This document shows, in pieces, positions 57,238 through 64,000 of a stretch of 64,000 bases of DNA; the first letter of the stretch is position 1; each line of letters starts with the position of its first letter. The position numbers and the translations under genes were made by a program. This DNA comes from Candidatus Sericytochromatia bacterium. Its GTDB lineage: Bacteria; Cyanobacteriota; Sericytochromatia; S15B-MN24; JAQBPE01. A model generated the notes under the pieces. The model was not told the origin of the DNA, ran no database searches, and saw nothing but the letters and a program-made list of their open reading frames with translations. The DNA lies in the NCBI GenBank assembly GCA_036675505.1, contig JAKFEW010000041.1, positions 8,580 to 72,579 of the forward strand, given 5' to 3'.

Positions 57238-58469
57238 GACTTCACCCCCCGGCCGACCACCAGGGATTCGTTGAGCGCGATCTCGCGGGCGCGCCGGGCG
57301 ATCGCCTCGTACACCTCCGAGAGCCGCGTGATGGGATCCGCCGGGGAGCGCCAGAACGGCGGCCGGCCGAGCCGCTTGGCGGTTGCCCCCGGGAAGGGCG
57401 GCTCGGCGATCTGCACGTGCACGCCCTCCAGTTCTTCACCTGCCTGCCAGAACCTGAAGGGCTCGAGGGAGCCCGCGTCCAGCGTTTCGACGGACATCGG
57501 GCCGGCCTGCGCCTCGGCGGCGCGTGCGGCCCGCAACATGCCGATCAGCTGGTCGCGGCCGCGGCCGCGCAGGTGGAAGATCATGAAAGGGTCTTTGTCG
57601 AAGGCGTCGGCCATGACGTAGTACACGGCCGCGATGTGCTTGCATGGATTCGCGTAATCCGGACAGGTGCAGTGCGCCTTGATGTCGTCCTTCGAGCGCG
57701 GGAACAGCGGGGCATAGGCGGCCTCGAAGACCTCCTCGATGTCCTGCGGCATGTCGCCCGCGAGCAGCTGCGCCGTGAAGAGCGCCTGGCAGCTCAGGAT
57801 GTCGACGACCAGGTCCCAGTCGTTGTCGGCCAGCGGGCGGATCTGAATGGTCACGTCGTAGGGCTGCGTGCGCGTGCCCTGGACCTTCGCGACGATGCGC
57901 CCGGTCTCGACGTTGAACGTGACCACGCGCCCCTCGTCGGCGTACATCCGGCCGTTGGCGAGCCGGCCCTTCCAGCCGAAGCGGTGCAGCACGTTCAGCC
58001 AGCGGTCGGCCCACCAGGTCTCGGCGGCACGCTTGTAGCTCGCATCGGCGCGCGCGGGCAGGTCCTCGTCCTCGCGGCCCATGGGGCGCACGCGGCGGCT
58101 GCGGCGGTCCATCTTCTTGGCGGCCTGGCCGTGGCCGGGCCGGGCCGGGCCGTGGCCGCCGTGGCCGCCGTGGCCGCCGTGGCCGACCGGGTGGCCGCCA
58201 TGACCGACGGGCCCGGCCGGGCCCGGCTGCTTGGGCTTCGGCTTGTTGCGGTTCTTGTCGCGGCGCTTGTTGGCGCCGAAAGGCGGCTGGCCGCCGCCGG
58301 CCGGGGCCGGCCGGCCATGCGCGGTATCCGCCAGCACGGCTTCGAGCGAGGGCTCGCCCGGGCCGTGCGGCTTGCGCGGGCGCCGCCGCCGGCGCCGGGC
58401 GTCGTTGCCGCCGTCGAGGCCGGGACCGCCCGGTGGGCGGGGTCCGTCGGATCCGTAGTGGTCGCTCAT
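57234..58469 (-). CDS. SWIM zinc-finger protein with an N-terminal Arg/Gly/His-rich low-complexity region.
   Basis: The SWIM motif is CTCPDYANPCKHIAAVYY (CxCxnCxH). The N-terminus has (HGG)n and an RRRR stretch. Start MSDHYGS at 58469. Confidence 0.7.
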   Translation of the reverse strand: MSDHYGSDGPRPPGGPGLDGGNDARRRRRRPRKPHGPGEPSLEAVLADTAHGRPAPAGGGQPPFGANKRRDKNRNKPKPKQPGPAGPVGHGGHPVGHGGHGGHGGHGPARPGHGQAAKKMDRRSRRVRPMGREDEDLPARADASYKRAAETWWADRWLNVLHRFGWKGRLANGRMYADEGRVVTFNVETGRIVAKVQGTRTQPYDVTIQIRPLADNDWDLVVDILSCQALFTAQLLAGDMPQDIEEVFEAAYAPLFPRSKDDIKAHCTCPDYANPCKHIAAVYYVMADAFDKDPFMIFHLRGRGRDQLIGMLRAARAAEAQAGPMSVETLDAGSLEPFRFWQAGEELEGVHVQIAEPPFPGATAKRLGRPPFWRSPADPITRLSEVYEAIARRAREIALNESLVVGRGVKS

Positions 58470-58512
58470 GCCAGGGGGCTCCTGCCGCTCGCCGCCATGG
58501 CGAGCCGGGGGG

Positions 58513-61500
58513 TCAGTCGACCGCGATCGCCTCGTCGCGGAGCGCAAGGATGTCGCGCAGCTGGTCCGTCGACAGCTCGGTCAGCCAGCCTTCGCCCTCG
58601 CCCACGACGAGCGAGCTCAAGGCCTTCTTCTCCTCGAGCATCTGGTCGATCTTCTCTTCCAGCGTGCCGAGGCAAACGAACTTGTGCACCATCACGTTCC
58701 GCGTCTGGCCGATGCGGAAGGCGCGGTCGGTGGCCTGGTTCTCCACCGCCGGGTTCCACCAGCGGTCGAAGTGGAAGACGTGGTTGGCCCGGGTCAAGTT
58801 GAGGCCCACGCCGCCCGCCTTGAGCGAGAGGATGAGCACGGGCGCCGCGTCCGGGCGGTCCTGGAAGTCGCGCACCATCTTCTCGCGCGCCGAGGCCGAG
58901 ACGCCGCCATGAAGGAAGGGGATCTCGCGGTCGAAGGTCTTCGAGAGGTGGGTGACGAGCAGGTGCCCCATCTCCGCGTATTGGGTGAAGACCAGCGCGC
59001 GATCGCCCACCTCGAAGCACTCCTCGAGCATCTCGGTGAGGCGCGTAAGCTTGCCCGAGCGCCCCGTCAGCTCGCCCTTCTTGTCGCCGAGGAAGAGCGC
59101 GGGGTGGTCGACCACCTGCTTGAGCTTCGTGAGGCTCGCGAGCACCAGGCCCTTGCGGGCGATGCCGGCGCTCGCGTCGACCTTGCCGACCATCTCGCCG
59201 ACCACGGCCTGGTAAAGCGAGGCCTGCTCCTTGGTGAGCGGGCAGTAGACCTTCTGCTCGTTCTTCTCCGGCAGATCCTGGATGATCGTGGGGTCGGTCT
59301 TGAGGCGGCGCAAGATGAACGGCTTCACCACCATGCGCAGCGTGTTGCCGGCGTTCTCGTCCTTGAAGCGCTCGATCGGCACGGCGAACTGCGTGCGGAA
59401 AGTGCTCTGGGTGCCGAGGTAGCCCGGGTTCAGCGTTTCGAGGATGCTCCAGAGGTCGGCCAGGTGGTTCTCGACCGGCGTGCCCGTGAGCGCGACCCGC
59501 CAGTCGGCGGGCACGCGCCGCGCGGCCTGGGCCTGCTTGGAGCCCGCATTTTTGATGTTCTGGGCCTCATCGAAGATGGAGCCGGTCCACTTCACGCCCG
59601 AGAGGTGGACCTCATCGCGGAAGAGCAGCGTATAGGTGGTGATGACGAGGTCGTAGCCCATCACGGCGTTCGCGAAGGTCTCGCCCTTGGTGCGGCCGGC
59701 GCCATGGTGGATCAACACCTTGAGGTTCGGCGCGAACTTCTCGGCCTCGCGGCGCCAGTTGCCCACCAGCGAGGTCGGGCAAATCAGCAGCCACGGCGGA
59801 GGCTGGCCCTTGGCGTTCGAGCGCGACCGCACGCCATGTGTCTCCTCGGCTTCGGCCTTGGATTTGAGCAGCAGCGCGAGCACCTGGATGGTCTTGCCCA
59901 GGCCCATATCGTCGGCCAGGCAGGCGCCGAGGCCCCACTGCTTCATCGAGGCGAGCCAGGCGTAGCCGCGTTCCTGGTAGGGCCGCAGCTTACCTTCGAA
60001 GGTGACGGGGGCGGTCTGGCCGGCGAGCCAGTCGCCCGGGCCGAAGTTGCCCAGGAACTCGCCCATCTTGCCTTCGGCCTGGACCGCCACGATCGGCAGG
60101 CCGCCGGCGCTGCCGGTCGGGTTGCTCGCGAGCTTCACCGCCTCGAGCATGTTCATCGAGCCGGTGCGCTGCTGCTCGAAGAACTTGAGCGCGTCCTCGA
60201 TCGAGTCCGGATCGAGCTCGACCCACTTGCCGCGCAGCTTGAGCAGCGGCATCTTCATCTTCACCAGGCGCTCGAAGTCTTCCCGCGTGAGCGTCTCGTC
60301 GCCAAGCGCGAGGTGCCAGTCGTAGTCGATCAGCGCCTGCTGGCCCATCTTGCCGGGCTGCCAGCCTTCGGCCTCCTTCATGGTGACCTTCACGCCGAGG
60401 CGCGTGTGGCCCTTGCGCCACCACGGCGGGATCATGACGCCATAGCCCGCTTCCTCGAGCAGCGGCATCGCCTCGCGCAGGAACTTGTAGGCTTCGGGCG
60501 TCGCGAGCTCGACGGCCTCGGGGGCCGCGCTCATCAGGCCGCGCTGGATCGGCGGGAAGATCTTACCGGCGCGCCCGAGGTCCTCGAGCAGGCGCTCCTG
60601 TGGCCGCTCGAAACGACGGGCCAGGAAGCCGACTTCGGCGCCCGAGCCGCGCCAGACCTGCTGGGCCGGGATGATCAACGACGGGTCGTCGCTCGCCTGT
60701 AGGGTGAACTCCAGCCGCCAGGGCGTGTTCTCCGGTGCGCCTTCGGGTGGCGCCTCGAGCCGGAAGCACGTGCGGAAGGGCGCCTCGGGCGGCGGCATGA
60801 GCGGCTTGGTCCAGGTGCTCAGGCCCTGGGCGAGCTGCACGACCTCGATCGGCTCGGCCGGGAAGACGTTGTCCTGCTGCTCGAGCAGGGCACCGAACCA
60901 GCGCTGACCGGCCGAGGAATTGCCGTTCATGTTGTGCGGTCCCACGTCGGGTGCCCACATGCGCGCGGCGGCATCCACCATCGCGTCGATCGCGCCGAGC
61001 AGCAGCGCCCGCGACTCGGGTGGTGGGTTGGCGAGCGCCCGGCAGGCGGGCGGCATGGCCAGCGCCAGCGCGCCGAGGCGCTCGGCGTCATGCCGCTCGC
61101 TCGTGATGATGCGCCAGTAGGCGCGTGGCGCATCGCCCGTGATCGAGAGCGCGGGCATGAACCGCTCGCGGCCCAACAGCTCGAGCGCGAGCTGGGCGGC
61201 GCGCGACCAATAGCGCCAATCGTCGCCCAGGCGGATGTCGTGGCTCTCCGTCAGGCCGGCGAGCGTGAGCAGCGCGTCCAGCGGCGCGAGCTCCAGGCCC
61301 CGCAGCTTCCAGGGCGTCGACTCCAGCCGGCCGGAGCTCGGATCGGGGCCGAAACCGACGTTCGGCGGCGCCAGCGGCTCCCCGACGACGCAAGGCAGGT
61401 TGGCCGACGCCGCGGATGCAGCCCCCACCAACCCGGCTTCCTGGAGCCGGGTGATTGGAATCAGTCTGGGATGAAGCGGCGACGAACCATCCGGAGGACA

Positions 61501-61593
61501 AGCCTCGGGCGTACCTTCTGCCGGGGGGACATGGCCCTCACCCCAAGCGAAGAAGCGGTTCGTCGGCAGCCAGGTGCCGTGCAGGACGAACAT
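58513..61593 (-). CDS. SNF2/RAD54-family helicase (superfamily 2, DEAD-like helicase N and helicase C domains).
   Basis: Motif I is LADDMGLGKTIQ and motif II is FDEAQNIKN. The helicase C region is LILSLKAGGVGLNLTRANHVFHFDRWWNPAVENQATDRAFRIGQ. Confidence 0.85.
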   Translation of the reverse strand: MFVLHGTWLPTNRFFAWGEGHVPPAEGTPEACPPDGSSPLHPRLIPITRLQEAGLVGAASAASANLPCVVGEPLAPPNVGFGPDPSSGRLESTPWKLRGLELAPLDALLTLAGLTESHDIRLGDDWRYWSRAAQLALELLGRERFMPALSITGDAPRAYWRIITSERHDAERLGALALAMPPACRALANPPPESRALLLGAIDAMVDAAARMWAPDVGPHNMNGNSSAGQRWFGALLEQQDNVFPAEPIEVVQLAQGLSTWTKPLMPPPEAPFRTCFRLEAPPEGAPENTPWRLEFTLQASDDPSLIIPAQQVWRGSGAEVGFLARRFERPQERLLEDLGRAGKIFPPIQRGLMSAAPEAVELATPEAYKFLREAMPLLEEAGYGVMIPPWWRKGHTRLGVKVTMKEAEGWQPGKMGQQALIDYDWHLALGDETLTREDFERLVKMKMPLLKLRGKWVELDPDSIEDALKFFEQQRTGSMNMLEAVKLASNPTGSAGGLPIVAVQAEGKMGEFLGNFGPGDWLAGQTAPVTFEGKLRPYQERGYAWLASMKQWGLGACLADDMGLGKTIQVLALLLKSKAEAEETHGVRSRSNAKGQPPPWLLICPTSLVGNWRREAEKFAPNLKVLIHHGAGRTKGETFANAVMGYDLVITTYTLLFRDEVHLSGVKWTGSIFDEAQNIKNAGSKQAQAARRVPADWRVALTGTPVENHLADLWSILETLNPGYLGTQSTFRTQFAVPIERFKDENAGNTLRMVVKPFILRRLKTDPTIIQDLPEKNEQKVYCPLTKEQASLYQAVVGEMVGKVDASAGIARKGLVLASLTKLKQVVDHPALFLGDKKGELTGRSGKLTRLTEMLEECFEVGDRALVFTQYAEMGHLLVTHLSKTFDREIPFLHGGVSASAREKMVRDFQDRPDAAPVLILSLKAGGVGLNLTRANHVFHFDRWWNPAVENQATDRAFRIGQTRNVMVHKFVCLGTLEEKIDQMLEEKKALSSLVVGEGEGWLTELSTDQLRDILALRDEAIAVD

Positions 61594-61667
61594 AGATGAC
61601 CTTAGCGTAGCATCAACGCGTCGCCGTGGCTACGGCGAAGTCGAAAATCGCCAGACCGACCGACGAC

Positions 61668-64000
61668 CTAGAAGGCCTCGTCGTCCGGAACGTCCTGTTC
61701 ATCGCCATCTTCGCCGGGATCGCCGGCGATCGGCTCGGCGGTGTAAGGGATCGAGCCGATCTCGCCGTGCACGATCGTGGTGACCGGGTTGGCGGCGTCG
61801 CCGAGCGAAATCTGGCGAACCGCGCCGGTTTCCACCACGATCAGGGCATCGCGCGCGGCGTCGAAGGCGAGCCCGCGGATGGCCATGAAGCGCGCGTCGG
61901 TGGCCGGGCCGTCGACCTGGCCCTCGGCGGCCGAGCCGGCCAGCCGCGTCACCGCGCCGTCGGCCGCGGCGAGGCGCACCACGCCGGTCGCGTAGGCCAC
62001 GTAGAGGTTGCCCGCGGCGTCGCGCGCGAGCCCCCGCGCGCTGCCGCTGCTGAGGCCAGGCCAGCTCGCGGGCGCGGTCTGGGGCGTGATCGCGGTCGCG
62101 ACGCCGGCCGCGTCGAGGCGGTAGACCGTCTTGGTGCCTGCCGCGTAAATCTCGCCCGCAGGCCCGGCGCCGAGGGCTGTGAGGGTCGGCGCGCCGGCGA
62201 TCGTCGTGACGGCGCCGCTCGCCGCGAGCCGACGCAGCTTGTCGCGATCCAGGAAGAAGGCCCCGCCGTCCTGCGCGGGCGCGATGCTCTCCACGCGATC
62301 GAGCAGCGCAGCCGTGCCCTGGCCATCCAACTGTTCGCCTTCTTCGGCCACTGGGTCTTCTTCTTCGACGAAGAAGCCGAGCTCGAGGGAGCCGGCGAGC
62401 GTCTTGACCGCCCCGTCCAGCGGCATCACCTCGCGGATGCGGCCGCTGTCGCCCACGAGCAGGCGGCCGGCGGGCTCGCAGGCGAGCGCGCTGATCCGTT
62501 CGAAGCGAGCGAACTTGCCCGTCGCATCTTTCACCTCCTCGCCGGCCACGCCGCCGGCGAGCGTGTCGAGCTTGCCGTCCGCGCTCAGCGTGAACACGCG
62601 GCCGCCCGAGGTCACGTACAAGCGGCCGTCGCCGCCGATGCCCACGCCGCTGAGGCGCGAGGCGGCGCGTGCCGTGGCGCCGCCCAGGCTGCCGGCCGAG
62701 GCCCCGGTCGCGCTGACCGTCACCTCGATCTCGGCGCGGTAGCCGCCGAAGACCGCCTCGACCATGGCCACGCCTTGCTTGACCGCGGAGATCTTGCCGG
62801 TCTGGTCGACGGTCACGGCGTCGCCGCTCGCCACCTTCCAGGTGATCGGCAGGACCACGTCCTTGACCGGCTCGTAGTCGAAATCCAGCGGGGTGACGGT
62901 GCTCTGGAATGCCGTGCCCACGCCGATATCGCTGTCAGGGCCGGTGACGTCGAAGCCGTTGAGCGCCGGATACGCCCTCGACGCGCTCTGCTGGCCATTG
63001 ACCTCGATCACGAGGTCGCCGCCGGGGCTGCCCTTCGGCACGGTGAAGGTGGCGGTGGTGTCGCTGAGGACCGTCGCGTTCTCGATCGTGAGGCCGCCGA
63101 GGCGCAGCTTGAAGATTGCGCCCGACGACTTGCCGAAGCGCGTGCCCGTGACGGTGACCTGGGTGCCCGGCAGCGCGAACGGGGGATCGACCGCCGTGAT
63201 CGTGACAGGCTCGATCGCGAGCATCAGCTCCGCGACCTGGGCGGCCTCGCGCGACTTCACGGCGACGGCCGACGAGACGCCCGAGCCGAGGCCGACTTTC
63301 TCGGCGAAGAGCTTGTATTCGCCCACGGGCACGTTGTCGATCTGGAAGTTGCCTGCGATGTCCGCCTTCGCGAGGTACGACGTGCCGGGGATGTAGATGT
63401 CCACGCCCTGGTAGTTGGTGATCTGGCGATCCGGCGGCGTGGTGACCTTGCCCTTGATCGCGCCGGTGGGCGCGAGCTTGAGGTCGAAGCCGCCGCCGGC
63501 GCTCGTGACGGCGCCGCGGATCGCCTTCACGTCGGTCGCCTGGATCGCCTCGACGTTGGCCTGTTTGCCGGCCGGGATTGCGAGCGTGAACGTGCCATCG
63601 GCGCCGGAGAGCGCGGTGAGCAGCTCGTCGGCGGCGGCCAGGCCGTATGAGCTGCTGTTGTTGGCGACCAGGCTGCCGCCGTGGTTGGCGATGAGGCCCG
63701 CGCCGTTGTCGGTGATCAGGCTGCCGCCGTGGTTTGCGACGATGCGCGCCTCGATCCGCACGCCGGCCGCGGGGTTGCCGTCGAGGCCGAGCACGCGGCC
63801 GAAGTAGCCCTTGTTCGGGTCGGGCGACGTGCCGGCGGGCACCACGCCCGGTGAGGCCGCCGGGCTCGCGGGCTTCGTGCCCGTGGGGTCGGCCGAGCTC
63901 GATTTCACGGCGGCCGGGCCGGCGCTGCGCCTGGGCCTGGGCTCACCGCCCGAGGTCGCCGTGGGCGCGCCCACGGCGCAGCCCGCCGCCACCAGGCAGA
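61668..64000 (-). CDS. Large surface lipoprotein, 5' partial at the window end. It has carboxypeptidase-regulatory-like, IPT/TIG, Big_2 and NHL-like modules plus NGAGLIANHGGSLVANN repeats.
   Basis: The segment AAGCAVGAP at the start of the ORF suggests a lipobox, so the true start is beyond the window. IPT is PVTITAVDPPFALPGTQVTVTGTRFG. Big_2-like is KISAVKQGVAMVEAVFGGYRAEIEVTV. Confidence 0.55.
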   Translation of the reverse strand, partial: CLVAAGCAVGAPTATSGGEPRPRRSAGPAAVKSSSADPTGTKPASPAASPGVVPAGTSPDPNKGYFGRVLGLDGNPAAGVRIEARIVANHGGSLITDNGAGLIANHGGSLVANNSSSYGLAAADELLTALSGADGTFTLAIPAGKQANVEAIQATDVKAIRGAVTSAGGGFDLKLAPTGAIKGKVTTPPDRQITNYQGVDIYIPGTSYLAKADIAGNFQIDNVPVGEYKLFAEKVGLGSGVSSAVAVKSREAAQVAELMLAIEPVTITAVDPPFALPGTQVTVTGTRFGKSSGAIFKLRLGGLTIENATVLSDTTATFTVPKGSPGGDLVIEVNGQQSASRAYPALNGFDVTGPDSDIGVGTAFQSTVTPLDFDYEPVKDVVLPITWKVASGDAVTVDQTGKISAVKQGVAMVEAVFGGYRAEIEVTVSATGASAGSLGGATARAASRLSGVGIGGDGRLYVTSGGRVFTLSADGKLDTLAGGVAGEEVKDATGKFARFERISALACEPAGRLLVGDSGRIREVMPLDGAVKTLAGSLELGFFVEEEDPVAEEGEQLDGQGTAALLDRVESIAPAQDGGAFFLDRDKLRRLAASGAVTTIAGAPTLTALGAGPAGEIYAAGTKTVYRLDAAGVATAITPQTAPASWPGLSSGSARGLARDAAGNLYVAYATGVVRLAAADGAVTRLAGSAAEGQVDGPATDARFMAIRGLAFDAARDALIVVETGAVRQISLGDAANPVTTIVHGEIGSIPYTAEPIAGDPGEDGDEQDVPDDEAF

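Overview
This is a high-GC (about 70%) bacterial chromosomal window, rich in lipoproteins, TPR proteins, EF-hand proteins and discoidin-domain proteins. Part 1: the core genes are housekeeping, regulatory and secreted functions. They include ornithine aminotransferase, two PAS histidine kinases, a STAND-type ATPase regulator with a C-terminal BTAD domain, a copper nitrite reductase fusion, an M16 peptidase pair, a UvrD-family helicase, a cluster of six discoidin-domain lipoproteins, an S8 subtilase, and an SNF2 helicase with a SWIM zinc-finger partner. Part 2: the most interesting region is a low-GC (about 50%) accessory island at about 22.2-29.3 kb, inside a larger tRNA-Ser(UGA)-associated segment (21.9-33.5 kb). 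On one strand the island carries a hypothetical protein, a fused XRE-HTH/ImmA metallopeptidase regulator with GAAC-N4-GTTC palindromes in its promoter, a dGTPase (Dgt/HD family, known as a nucleotide-depletion anti-phage effector) translationally coupled to an uncharacterised nucleotidyltransferase-fold protein, and a T5orf172/GIY-YIG-like protein with a C-terminal zinc ribbon. The dGTPase plus nucleotidyltransferase pair preceded by the HTH-ImmA switch is a candidate undescribed defence module. The island also holds a Sel1-repeat protein with an unknown C-terminal domain and a nearby MNT-type nucleotidyltransferase pair. It is delimited by three related copies of a tRNA-Ser-derived element. 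One copy is the intact tRNA-Ser gene at 33283-33367; the other two are decayed copies. Each carries a conserved direct-repeat motif of consensus GGAGGTGGCRCCCAAnnTnGGCRCCC about 80 nt upstream. No integrase, CRISPR array or phage structural genes were found. Other structures of note are a 24-bp perfect inverted repeat bracketing a multi-hairpin 120-nt segment upstream of rocD, and an AT-rich 28-bp-stem hairpin with internal tandem repeats between convergent genes at 36.4 kb. Many long antisense ORFs in the track are GC-bias artefacts and were rejected.
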